A DNA stretch of 64,000 nt from Octopus bimaculoides (GCF_001194135.2 NC_069007.1:1819397-1883396), one strand, 5' to 3'; positions 14,849-27,907 are shown, counted from the first letter of the stretch. Notes: a model not told the origin generated them from the sequence alone. Numbers and translations: made by a program.

Positions 14849-16115
14849 GTATATTATTTAGAACTGTTTGATTTGGTTCCTTGCTACTTAAAATGTCCAA
14901 CAGAAGCCCGTAGTTCACGGTGGCTACCATAAGATAAACTCCTATTGGTGAAGGTGGATCATATGATGTATCAACGAATATCATTAGTTTTTTAGCGACA
15001 ACAGTTCGTTTCGAAAGAATTTCTTTGACTGCGTTGCTACTTCCTGTTCAGCCACGCGGTCAAAAAAATTCTTCTAAATGAACTGGTGTCGCTGAGCATC
15101 TGATATTCTTTGGTAACACCATGTGACCCGCCTTGGCCAACAGCTGACTATCTTCCCGTAGGCATCTTGCATTCTCTGTATCTTATCATTCCGTACTATA
15201 TCACCCGAAAGAGACGGGCTTCTCTGCTAGAGAGCTTCGAAACATTACGTTGCTGGAATCAGATCAAACTCTCATTTAAAGTATACAAGTAACTCCTAAG
15301 AAATGTGTTGCGTACCCTCTTCTTGGATTTTTATATNNNNNNNNNNNNNNNNNNNNNNNNNNNNNNNNNNNNNNNNNNNNNNNNNNNNNNNNNNNNNNNN
15401 NNNNNNNNNNNNNNNNNNNNNNNNNNNNNNNNNNNNNNNNNNNNNNNACATTTACACATATACATGTATATGCCTACATATATATGTATATATACATGTA
15501 TATATGGGTACAGAACGTCGAAAAATCGTGAGCAAAATAGAAAACGAAAACATAAAAAACAAAAACATGGAAAACGAACTTCTTTCCGAACAACGAAAGA
15601 AACATACAGAAACGAGACAGGCAACATAAAGAACATCCCTTTCATCTGTTTTCTCTGTTCTATCTACTCTGCGTTTCGAACACTTGAGACAAGACGCGAC
15701 TTCGTTAAAACAGTCGTTCCCGCAAAGCGAATTTTCAAAATATTGGGATTTGCGGAGGGTTAAAATAGTGACAAAAGCAGAATAGTTAGAACAAACCAGT
15801 AAAAACAAACGACGAGGGCGGTTAAGCCATAACGTGGTGAACGCTGGAGAAACGAGCTTGATAAGAGACAGGCAAAAGCAAATGGAAGTAAGAAATATAG
15901 ATAGAGAGAATGAAGGAGGAAGAGTGAGAAAACGGTGAAGGGGAGAGCAGATGAACGTATGTATATATGTATGTGTATGTATGTACATATAGATAGATAG
16001 ATAATATAATATATATATATATAAGTTCAAAAAAACAATAACAAAAAAACAACAAAGTGAGGACGTGATACGGATAGTGTTATTGGAAGCTCGGGAAAGG
16101 AAAGAGAGAGTGTAT

Positions 16116-16142
16116 GACGTTTCGGGCGTAGCCCTTCGTCGG
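16116..16142 (-). ncRNA. Minimal hammerhead-ribozyme-like motif (U4C variant), probably within a repeat
   Basis: Minus strand CCGACGA A GGGC tac GCCC GAAA CGTC: core one base from CUGANGA, perfect 4-bp stem II, ACGT palindrome, GUC site; stem I pairing is poor. Confidence 0.45.
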
Positions 16143-17491
16143 AAAGATGGAAAGTTCGGAGAATGGAAGAACGGAGAAAGAGGAAAATGGTACCGATGCC
16201 CACGAGTTTACATTGTGAAAAGACCGGAAGAGGAGGTGGTGGGGGAAAAGTTCTTTCTAACACAGCAGAGTGAAAAAGGGAGATGAATATCTGTGCGTGC
16301 GCGAGAGTCTGCGAGTGTGTGTGTGATAACAGAACGTGTGTGTGCGTATGTATGTGTGTGTGTGTGTGTGTGCATGGTTTGGTGGTTNNNNNNNNNNNNN
16401 NNNNNNNNNNNNNNNNNNNNNNNNNNNNNNNNNNNNNNNNNNNNNNNNNNNNNNNNNNNNNNNNNNNNNNNNNNNNNNNNNNNNNNNNNNNNNNNNNNNN
16501 NNNNNNNNNNNNNNNNNNNNNNNNNNNNNNNNNNNNNNNNNNNNNNNNNNNNNNNNNNNNNNNNNNNNNNNNNNNNNNNNNNNNNNNNNNNNNNNNNNNN
16601 NNNNNNNNNNNNNNNNNNNNNNNNNNNNNNNNNNNNNNNNNNNNNNNNNNNNNNNNNNNNNNNNNNNNNNNNNNNNNNNNNNNNNNNNNNNNNNTGTTGT
16701 GTATATGTGCGTTGCTGTGTACGTGTGTGTGCGTGCGTTTGCTATTGTAAGTGCGGGTGTTGTTTATGCCCATGTGTGTGTGATTTATGCGTGTCTGTGT
16801 GAGTGTGTAGTGTTGGTGAGAAGTGTGTGTGTGTGTGTATGTGGGTGTGTGTGTGTATGTGTGTGGATGTGCGTGTGTGTGTGGGATTGTGAGTGTTAGG
16901 TACGGGTGTATGTATGTAAGTATAAGTTTGTGTGTGTATTAGTTGTTTTCCTAGTCTACACCTCAGTAACCTAACGGTTCGACATAGAGGTTGCCTGTTC
17001 CATAATAATTACCAGACTTTAAAGAATAATGAATGTAGTGAGGTCAATTTATGCGACTTTCTCTCCAACGTTTTGCCACATCATGGCCATTCTCCAATGA
17101 TTGGAATCAATATTAGATAAAAGATATTAAATGTTTACACAACTCATACTAAATAGATTGAAAATACGTTTTATTGCAAATAACAAAGAATAGCAGAGTA
17201 TGTGACTTGTTTTCCATCGTTTTATTTCATAGCTAAATTAACTGTCGTTGCATTGTGCATCGAGTATGTACGTATGTACTTTCGATTATGCCTATAAACT
17301 GCCCCAATGCTACCATTTACAAATCGTTAGAACACTCAGAATTTTAAAACATAAATTACAAACCAAGACAAATCATCAGCTCATAAAACGGGGGGAAAAA
17401 AACGTTTAGATTAAAGCTTTTTTTTATTTATATGTAACTGATCTCTCATATTAAATTGTATGTTAAAGATTGTAAATTCTCTTCCAATCGT

Positions 17492-17676
17492 GGCACTCCG
17501 TCGGTTACGACGTCTAGAGTTCCAGTAGATCCGATCAACCGGACAGCCTGCTCGTGAAATTAACGTGTAAGTGGCTGAGAACTCCACAGACACGTGTAGT
17601 CTTAACGTACTGCTCGGGAAGGTTCAGCGTGACACAGAGTGTGACAAAGGTGGCCCCTTTGAAATACACGTGCAAC
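17492..17676 (-). mobile_element. Family-C SINE 3' body
   Basis: Reverse complement of the 46811-47071 body (CTGCTCGTGAAATTAAC, GTGGCTGAG, CACAGACACGTGT, GTGACAAAGG). Confidence 0.8.
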
Positions 17677-18848
17677 AGAAACCCCCTGCCGAACCCTCGT
17701 GGGGCTTTAGGTGCTTTCTATCCCTATGACTTAAGATTTGTTTTTCATGCCCTTGCGTACAATATCAGGCTATTTTGCTGAATAACAGAGTTATGGGGAA
17801 GTAAACTAATCAGCAATGATTCTCAGTGGAGGTTCTGTGAAACACACATATATACACACAATCACATATACACATACTCGCACGCATACACATACATAGA
17901 CACACACGCGCGCGCGCAATAACATTACAATATTTATAGATCTTTTAACCTGGTACTTCATTGATTGGGTTCCCATAATGCTACGGGATTGAATACGCAT
18001 CGACACAAGTTGGCAAGTGGTGATTTGGGAGAAAAGTAACTCAAACAAAATTACTCATACCTGCACTCACACACACACACACAAGGTGTCAAAGTGATTT
18101 GAACTATATATCGAAGTTGCTGAGCAGTGGTCCGTTGTCGAATAACACATGCCCTGCAAAGTGAAATTCTTAAACACCCGGCGTTATGTTCTTAACTGAA
18201 CTTCGCCATAAAATTGACAAGTTAACGCTGCATAAATTACAGTGCAAAGTGCTTGTTACAATTATCAGAATGTAGGAGTATGAGAGACGTATTTTATTTA
18301 CCGCTGCATATATGCCATTTTATGACATTCCCTTTTTGATATCTTCCTGTAGATTCCTTACAGCCAGGGTGTTATTATAATGTATTTTATATCTAGAATG
18401 AATACGAATCACAAAATTAGAAGTTCCTGCTTTACCATTCTTTTAACGTTAAACGTGCTCAATGTACAATAGCTTCATTTTCATATAAATACAATTATCA
18501 CCCATTTGCAAGATTAATGTCTCCAATTTGATTGAAATTCTGCAGAAACTGTTTATTGCTTACGGATATAGTGTGTCAGTCAGTCAATGTGACTCACGGA
18601 TGCTAGAAGCAAGAACACCTTCTGCAGAATTTATTCAAACAAGATTTTAGATGTGAGTTTCATTTATACTTTCAATCCCACCAATCTTACAGGCTTTCTA
18701 AGAACTACAAACACTCACTAAACCATACATGTATTAATATCACAATATGTCCAATCTTTGATGACCTCATCAATGAAGGCTATCAGACAGTATTAAACAA
18801 AATATTCTCGCGCGTACACACACTCACACGCACCCAAACACAATGATA

Positions 18849-19250
18849 TCTCTTTTACTCTTTTACTTGTTTCAGTCATTTGACTGTGGCCATGCTGGAG
18901 CACCACCTTTAGTCGAGCAAATCGACCCCAGGACTTATTCTTTGTAAGCCTAGTACTTATTCTATCGTCTCTTTTGCCGAACCGCTAAGTTACGGGGACG
19001 TAAACACACCAGAATCGGTTGTCAAGCGATGTTGGGGGGACAAACACAGACACGCAAACATATACACACACATACATATATACACATATATACGACGGAC
19101 TTCTTTCAGTTTCCGTCTACCAAATCCACTCACAAGGCTTTGGTCGGCCCGAGGCTATAGTAGAAGACACTTGCCCAAGGTGCCACGTAGTGGGACTGAA
19201 CCCGGAACCATGTGGTTGGTAAGCAAGCTACTTACCACACAGCCACTCCT
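18849..19250 (-). mobile_element. Family-B (OR-like) tRNA/CORE SINE, full length and young
   Basis: Minus strand: AGGAGTGGCTGTGTGGTAAG A-box-like, GGGTTCAGTCCC B-box-like, CORE-like CCTTGGGCAAGTGTCTT, internal (AC/AT) microsatellite, tandem GAGTAAAA 3' tail. Confidence 0.9.
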
Positions 19251-19811
19251 ATATATTTATGAAAAAGAAATCTGCTTACTCGTGTGTTACCTCTACAATT
19301 TTAAAAGATATATATTTGGACCGATAACTTTAAATAAATTCACTGAAGTGATTCCCTTCTGCAATCATAGGTTTTCCTTCACTTTCTTGAAGCTATATAG
19401 AAATAAAAATAGAAAATAGAAATATAAATAAGATTATTTGTCGGCGTTAAGGTGATTTGAAACCTGGATGATTACATTAGTTACAACAGCCAATTTGAAT
19501 TCTGTTTTTATTCATGACGTGGACTAGTTTTTCCCACTTGACTATATAAGCCAATCATAGACAAAAAATTTTTTTTTTTGTTTTTTTGCATGTCCTCATG
19601 TTTGTTTGTAATTGTTACCATGAGGAGGGGGTCATCACTGGATTGCACTATGACGTGTATGGACTACGGTAGTGAAATGGCCATAGGTGCTTGTGTGTGT
19701 TTTGACCTATGTTTTTTGACCAGTGGTCTTTATGAACTTTTGTAAGTTTGGTGGGGTGGGCAGAAACGGATTTTACCTATGGAAGTCTGCTGTTATTACG
19801 TGTACCTTGAG

Positions 19812-19828
19812 AGATCGGAAGAGCGTCG
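19812..19828 (+). other. Illumina adapter remnant (assembly artefact)
   Basis: AGATCGGAAGAGCGTCG is an exact 17-nt match to the start of the TruSeq adapter AGATCGGAAGAGCGTCGTGT and ends exactly at a 10-N gap. Confidence 0.93.
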
Positions 19829-19838
19829 NNNNNNNNNN

Positions 19839-20148
19839 TGGCTTAGTGGTTAGAGTATCTGGCCCACAATCATGAGGTGGTGATTTCGATTCTTGGACTG
19901 GGTTATGTGTTGTGTTCTTGGGGACGCCACTTTATTTCACGTTGGTCAAGTTCAGTCTTCGGTAGAAATAACTTGCGACGCCAGTGGTACCTTTGTCTTT
20001 CATTTTGATAGCATTTTTGGGTGTTATGCTTGGTTGACCGCTGATCTTCGATAAAAGCAAACTTGCACTGACCTGTGCGTCGGAGGGTAGCGTCCAAAGT
20101 GCAATCCCAGGGTCATTCATGATTGAAGGGGCGCTTTACACTTTACCC
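19839..20148 (+). mobile_element. tRNA-headed SINE
   Basis: TGGCTTAGTGGTTAGAG A-box, TTTCGATTC B-box-like, CORE-like TGTGTTCTTGGGGACGCCACTTTATTTCACG. Confidence 0.7.
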
Positions 20149-20205
20149 ATTTACATAGAAACAATGCAGTCTATCTATCTATATATCTATCAATGTGTCT
20201 GTCCG

Positions 20206-20250
<45 letters not shown>

Positions 20251-21867
20251 TAATCGTCAAGTTTAGGGGGATAAAAAAATATTCAAGGGAAGTAACTGAA
20301 CGTCTTACCAGTACTCTCCGTACATCTCTGTTTATAAATAAATCACACACGTGATTTGATTGACGTTAGTGTTATGGTGTGATTTATTTATAAACAGTTA
20401 GAAGAAAACGGATAATACTGGTGTCGTTCAGTTATTTCCCTTGAATATTATTATTTTTTTTATCGCCCTAAACTTGAAGATTACCTGCATAGATATATAT
20501 ATATTACAGGAAATAGAGAAATACCATATATATTGCTGGATTTATGCATGTATGTATATTAAACAGCTATAGCAGAGAAATATCATAAACCGCATATTCA
20601 TGCATCTACACATGCACACTTATATAAACGCATGTATTGTGTTGTAAAAGAGAAGGAAAGAGAATGCATGTGCGATTGTGTGAGAGAGAGATAGTGGGAG
20701 AAATCAAACATATACGTAATATTCTGGAAAGAATTCTCCACCGTCACTGAGATATAACGAGAAAGGAATAATATTGATCTTATTAAGAAAAAAATGTATG
20801 CCACCACAGCCCACTCCACACTCTTATGGTCAAAACGAAAACACAAGTCTAAGACATACAGGAAAAATAAAACACTATATTGAAAATATAGAATATGATT
20901 ATGAACTGCAATGAATCAATCAAACGTACGAAAGAAAAGGAGAAACAAAAGAGAAAAGGGAAAAGAAATGAAAAGAAAAGAGCGTGCTTGGTATTACTGA
21001 AATTACTCGGACGGAATACTGTAGCGAAAAATAATACAAAACGGTATCAAAATATTGCAAGCAACCAAATGAACAAATCGTGTTGATATTATTTGGAAGA
21101 AGAAGAAAAAGAAGGGAAAAAAATGGTATTATTCAGAAGAAGGAATAAGAAAAATGAAGAAGCCGAAGTAAGAAATATTAGCCATGATGATTGAAATAAA
21201 TCATTTTCACTTCTTAATTTCTTCCACTTTCAATTCGAAATACTTGTTGTTAAGAGGAAAATTAAAATGGCTGTTATGAAAGTTATATGTCATATATTTC
21301 CTCTTGGCAAAAACATTCGATTAAAAGAGAAAAAATAAAGGGAAAAGCAAATTGTGGATAAGAAAATGAAAGAAAATGCTAAAAAGAGAAAAAAAAACGT
21401 GTAGGAATCCTACCTAACACCAAAAGATCAGAAAAATATTAATAGTTCAGTTCAGCAAAACAATTTATTTACTTCATCCGCATCAACTTGTTCTTTTTAT
21501 TAGTTACGCTTTGTTCTGTTGCATCTTTTTTTTTTCCTTAGTATATCCCTTTCTTCTGTACTTTTTCCAACAATCCGGGATAATTATACATATTCAGACA
21601 TTCATACATACCTACGCATATCATACATGAAAAACTGAAATCAATATATGTGTGTATGCGTGTGCGCATGTGTGTGTGTGTGTGCGTGTGTGTGCGTGTG
21701 TGTGTGTGTGTGTGTGCGTTCAATTCGTGACGTAAAGGCATCGTGCTTGGCACCACATGAATGGCATGGTATGCACGAAGAATTTTTACGCCGGTTTCTT
21801 ACATGGCACACAGCTCGAATCTGAAATCACATTTCTATCTCCTACCGAGTAAAAACAAATATACACA

Positions 21868-21991
21868 TGGCACATGGTGTCACTGTGTGATACGAAGCTT
21901 GTCCCCTACCACATGGTTCCGGGTTCAGTTCCATTCCGTGACCACGGTCTTGTGAGTAGATTTGGTAGGCGGAAAGTGAAAGAAGCCCATC

Positions 21992-22029
<38 letters not shown>

Positions 22030-22369
22030 NNNNNNNNNNNNNNNNNNNNNNNNNNNNNNNNNNNNNNNNNNNNNNNNNNNNNNNNNNNNNNNNNNNNNNN
22101 NNNNNNNNNNNNNNNNNNNNNNNNNNNNNNNNNNNNNNNNNNNNNNNNNNNNNNNNNNNNNNNNNNNNNNNNNNNNNNNNNNNNNNNNNNNNNNNNNNNN
22201 NNNNNNNNNNNNNNNNNNNNNNNNNNNNNNNNNNNNNNNNNNNNNNNNNNNATAGAATAAGTAGTAGGCTTTTAAAAATAAGTCCTGGGTACATATCCGG
22301 CAAGAGCCCTGGAAGGCCATGCTCCAGCATGGCCGCAGTTATATGACTGAAACAAGTAAAAGAATAGAA

Positions 22370-22370
<1 letters not shown>
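21868..22370 (+). mobile_element. Family-B SINE spanning an N-gap at its internal (AT)n
   Basis: Head CCACATGGTTCCGGGTTCAGTTCC...GAAAGAAGCCCATCG before the gap; tail AATAAGT...CTCCAGCATGGCCGCAG...GACTGAAACAAGTAAAAG after it. Confidence 0.8.
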
Positions 22371-22408
<38 letters not shown>

Positions 22409-22410
<2 letters not shown>

Positions 22411-22510
22411 CATCATCATCATCATCATTCAACGTCCGATTTTCATGCTAGCATGGGTTGGAAGCTTTGGCGGAGGACTGGCAAGCCAGGGAACTTCACT
22501 AGGCCCGACT
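22409..22510 (-). mobile_element. 3' end of an RTE-like non-LTR element with (GAT)n tail
   Basis: (ATC)n followed by TTCAACGTCCGATTTTCATGCTAGCATGGGTTGGA, containing a CATGCTAGCATG palindrome; RTE assignment is from recall. Confidence 0.55.
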
Positions 22511-22661
22511 ATCCTTTCTTATTTGATGATATTTGATATTTGTATAATATACTTATAGAAGAATTTGTCTTCAAAATATATTAGACATGTGTATATTAGA
22601 TAAAACTATCCCTGAAAGAGGTTCATATATGATAATAGTAGCTATATATACATATACACAG

Positions 22662-22701
<40 letters not shown>

Positions 22702-22770
22702 GTATTTATGTATATATGCAAATTTATACACACAGAGATACGTACATATATATATGTACGTACATACAAC

Positions 22771-22839
22771 TCTATAAATATAATATGTGACAATTAGTTG
22801 GTTGTCATAATCAACTAATTGTCACATTATATTTATAGA
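22771..22839. repeat. Short near-perfect inverted repeat (about 28-bp stem)
   Basis: TCTATAAATATAATATGTGACAATTAGTTG / CAACTAATTGTCACATTATATTTATAGA; one 2-nt bulge and an 11-nt spacer. Confidence 0.9.
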
Positions 22840-24359
22840 TAAATTCCTCTATTTTACGTAATATCGAAGTCTCATTCATTCTTTTGTTGTCATATTATTA
22901 TTATTATTATTAATATATATACAATGTTGTATCTTTGCATCTCTATGCATTTGCATATGTAACAGAATCCAATAAATGGTTGCTTTGTTGATCCATCGCT
23001 GTTAGATACTCAGGTGTACTTGGGGCATCCAGTGTTGATCTTCAAATAACTGCAATGGTGAAACACACCTAAGAACCAATTAATTATAATTATTAACTTA
23101 TTACTCCACTAGATATACCCAGTATATCATAACTAGATTCGCTGCTACGTAGATTTTATGTAATTCCTATTCTGCAACCTGACTGGAAAATGATAATCTA
23201 CGTGGAGCTCTTACTTGTACATTAGTAGTCGATCATCTAACTACACCAGATATATATTCTCCTCGACCTACGACCGATTTCCCTTCCGACTGACTGGTCA
23301 TAAGTCGATTTAGTCGTATGTTGCATTTATATTTTTCAACACTATTCCAATTCCAACGTAACCGATGCTGGAAAGCGACAGTAAGAGACAGCGGCAGGCA
23401 GTAGGTGGTATGGGTCTGAGGAAGGCCTGCATTGCCAGATGCTGCGGTAGTTCTATCTATTTCGTTATTTTCTTTGGTTTTAAGTGCGTATAGTTGTAAG
23501 TTGCATAGACCGTAAGTCGAGGAGACGGTTTATGTATGTATATATTCACACTCACATACATAGCTACGTATGTATGTATACGAGTGTATGTGTTTACAGG
23601 CGCGCAGGAAACACGTAGCTGTTTGTCTTCAGCATATGCTACATCGAAAACATTGCTATGCTGTAGTTTGTTTTTGGCAAAGTATACTTCATTATTCCTG
23701 GCCGCCCATTTCTGTTTATATTGGAATAATAGCTTTGTTAAATACTTAATTCTATTTACACTTCGAGATCTTCACTGTCCTATCTTTCAAATAAACTAAT
23801 CATGGTATTGGTCCTTACATGACGTTTTCAATAAGATGCAAACACAAAACCCAATATATCGTCAATATCAAATTGAAAATCACACAATGTTAACTTCTGG
23901 TTGATTTCCTGATATAATGTTTTTGTTTATTTTTTTCAGTTTTTTATATATTTGCTTATTGGAGAACTGTTTGTATTTTGCGAAAAGCAAATCTCCCATG
24001 GTTATTCTTCGACTTGTGTATGGGATTTCAGTAAAAAATTGTGTCGTTTCAACTAGTGTTTCCAGCGAGGTTTCTTTTGCGTACAACATTATAAAGTATT
24101 TTCCACGGATGCTTGCAAATGCTAGTACCAAGGGGCGAAAAATTTATATATACATACATACATATATATNNNNNNNNNNNNNNNNNNNNNNNNNNNNNNN
24201 NNNNNNNNNNNNNNNNNNNNNNNNNNNNNNNNNNNNNNNNNNNNNNNNNNNNNNNNNNNNNNNNNNNNNNNNNNNNNNNNNNNNNNNNNNNNNNATATAT
24301 ATAAACACACATATGTAATGTATGAATATGTGTATCGGTGTGAAAGTGATTGGTTCTTA

Positions 24360-25003
24360 CATTCATTTCTTTAAAACCTTTTAAGGCAGTTCATGCTGGA
24401 CTCTCTAAAGGACTCTGGACTTTGGAAAGCAACTCTGTAATCTTTCCACATACTTATTTGGTTGGTTTGTTTTGGGCGTTTGGACATCCTGGTTCTTGGC
24501 TCTTCTGGCTCATGAAGGGGCCTGACACCGCTGCCTTCGCCTGGACCTCTTTCTGGGACGTCGGTTCTTCTGATATAGTAGAGAAGAGAATGTATAATTT
24601 CTTTTTCAAGACCTCTTTAACCACATTGTTTAGGTTTCTTAATTATTTTGCGAGGGCATTGAATAGAAGTAGGCCTTTAAATTCCACGTTATTGCAATAC
24701 CTCGTAGTTATCCCAGAACAGTGCCTTGCGGAGCCCCACTCAATATTTGCGTGTCATTGGAGGTGGCACCGTTGGCTACTACTGCTTTACTTCTATCCTT
24801 CAGAAAATCATTCACCCAATTCGCCGACTATGCCGAGTTCACGCAGTTTGTGACATATTATTCCACGATGGACTTTATCGAAATCCTTTGCAAAATCGAG
24901 ATATATCACATCCACATTTGAGTGGTTGAGCAGCTGCTTCAACACCCAGTCATATTCTTGTAGAACCTGAGTCAGGCAGCTTCTTCCTGATTGGAAACCA
25001 TTT
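24360..25003 (-). mobile_element. Internally deleted CR1-type LINE (RT middle fused to ORF2 C-terminus and 3' end)
   Basis: HGFQSGRSCLTQV...DWVLKQLLNHSNVDVIYLDFAK...FLKDRSKAVVANGATSNDTQILSGAPQGTVLG joined directly to ITTRYCNNVEFKGLLLFNALAK*LRNLNNVVKEVLKKKL...EEPTSQKEVQAKAA; same family as 1-351. Confidence 0.85.
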
Positions 25004-25337
25004 ATACATATATAAATATGTATACCTGTGAATAATTATGTTTTAAAACATTGCTATTTATCTGGGTTATTTTTTTTTCTCTCTTTAAATTCTACGACGA
25101 ATGACAAAGTAGATAAAATGTATGAAGCTATATTCATGTCAATTATTTATGTTTCATATAGAAAAAATGGAAGAAACCAAAATTTAGATGCATTCTTATT
25201 TAGACATTCAAATATTAATAATTAAACATTTGTAACTCCTGCTAGAAACACTCAAAACCACTACATCCACACACAGAAACATTTATATGCGTGCAGATAT
25301 GTGAATAGATGTGTGTGTACGTATATATACGTGTGTA

Positions 25338-25373
<36 letters not shown>

Positions 25374-26305
25374 NNNNNNNNNNNNNNNNNNNNNNNNNNN
25401 NNNNNNNNNNNNNNNNNNNNNNNNNNNNNNNNNNNNNNNNNNNNNNNNNNNNNNNNNNNNNNNNNNNNNNNNNNNNNNNNNNNNNNNNNNNNNNNNNNNN
25501 NNNNNNNNNNNNNNNNNNNNNNNNNNNNNNNNNNNNNNNNNNNNNNNNNNNNNNNNNNNNNNNNNNNNNNNNNNNNNNNNNNNNNNNNNNNNNNNNNNNN
25601 NNNNNNNNNNNNNNNNNNNNNNNNNNNNNNNNNNNNNNNNNNNNNNNNNNNNNNNNNNNNNNNNNNNNNNNNNNNNNNNNNNNNNNNNNNNNNNNNNNNN
25701 NNNNNNNNNNNNNNNNNNNNNNNNNNNNNNNNNNNNNNNNNNNNNNNNNNNNNNNNNNNNNNNNNNNNNNNNNNNNNNNNNNNNNNNNNNNNNNNNNNNN
25801 NNNNNNNNNNNNNNNNNNNNNNNNNNNNNNNNNNNNNNNNNNNNNNNNNNNNNNNNNNNNNNNNNNNNNNNNNNNNNNNNNNNNNNNNNNNNNNNNNNNN
25901 NNNNNNNNNNNNNNNNNNNNNNNNNNNNNNNNNNNNNNNNNNNNNNNNNNNNNNNNNNNNNNNNNNNNNNNNNNNNNNNNNNNNNNNNNNNNNNNNNNNN
26001 NNNNNNNNNNNNNNNNNNNNNNNNNNNNNNNNNNNNNNNNNNNNNNNNNNNNNNNNNNNNNNNNNNNNNNNNNNNNNNNNNNNNNNNNNNNNNNNNNNNN
26101 NNNNNNNNNNNNNNNNNNNNNNNNNNNNNNNNNNNNNNNNNNNNNNNNNNNNNNNNNNNNNNNNNNNNNNNNNNNNNNNNNNNNNNNNNNNNNNNNNNNN
26201 NNNNNNNNNNNNNNNNNNNNNNNNNNNNNNNNNNNNNNNNNNNNNNNNNNNNNNNNNNNNNNNNNNNNNNNNNNNNNNNNNNNNNNNNNNNNNNNNNNNN
26301 NNNNN

Positions 26306-26354
<49 letters not shown>

Positions 26355-26680
26355 TATATACATAATGTAATTTTCATGTATGCATATATTTGTGTGTATA
26401 AGTATAAATATATGTGTATATATTCGAGCGGAGTAGAGTGAGGTATTTGGGGTGACATATTTAGGGCAGAGAGCGAGAGAAAGAGAGAGAGAGCGAGAGA
26501 GAGAGAGAGAAATGTAACGGAAACGATGGAGAAAATATAAAGTTAGTTATTAGTTTCGATGCGGTAGTATTCCTTACTAGAAGTGTTTATATAAATCTAT
26601 GTGTATCTATCTACATGTAAAACTCCCTCTCCTCCATATCTCTGTTCGACACATAAACACACACACACACATATATATTC

Positions 26681-26715
<35 letters not shown>

Positions 26716-26886
26716 CATGTTTATGTATTAATTTGTACACATAACTACACATAGACAAACATACATAGATAATTATACACGGACACATGCACGCACGCAC
26801 ATACACACATACATCTGAGTGTACGTGTATATATATATATATGTGATCTAATAGCATTTTTACTCGTCATATTACTAAAAATTGTT

Positions 26887-26959
<73 letters not shown>

Positions 26960-27907
26960 GTATATATGTGTGTGTATTCGTAAATTCTATGCATATCTGT
27001 TATTTCAGTCTCTTTTTAGTATTACTTTTCTTTAGACGAAGCTTAGAAAATACTTTCCGTCATTTCTTTGCAACACTGCTTTTAAGACAATTTGTTCTTC
27101 AAGCAAGTGAATATGATATTTAATCAATTCTTTTCTTCCTTTTCCAATGCATTTGCCATACTGCCAAATATTGGTGGAATCTAAGAAGATTACGAGTGCG
27201 TAGTCTTCATCAGAACATGATGGATGCGTTTTCTATAGCCACCATCTCCATTACGAGATGGAAATTATATTAATGTTCTAGCTACGATGAATTGATGTAT
27301 TTTGAGCGGTGTCCCTCGTGTATGGGTCAGAATGCTAGTTAATGTCGATGTTTATTGCAAGATACATAATGTATGGAATATAGAATTATTTTAGTATTAT
27401 TGTTAACCCTTAAAACATCACTTTAATTGCTGCTGTTATCATACAGATCCCTTGGTCCCTTTATTTCCTAAACTAATAGAGTCAAGCTTCATCTCCTGCA
27501 GATGTATTTCTTTTTATTGTTTGTTCGTTCGTTTGATGTGACAAATTTTAGGTAAAGGTTTTCCTACAAATGTTAATAGAATTGGGTAACTAAAATTGTT
27601 ATATTCCCGAAATAGTAGAAAACCATGTGGAAATATTACGTAGTCTGTAATATCCAAAAGGTCATGAATGTTAACCATGTTGTTAAGAATTGCATTTTAG
27701 ACCGAGTGTCGCAGGCCTCCATTTGACGTGGCAGTGTTTTGAGAAATTCTTTTCTGCTGTAGCCTCGAGTTGCCTAGTAAATTGCGAACAGAATTTAATT
27801 AAGAGAAGCTGTGAAAATGCCCATCTTATTCACACATCTAAAACATATATGTATGTATATACGTATATACATATATATACGTATATATATATATATATTT
27901 ATTTATT

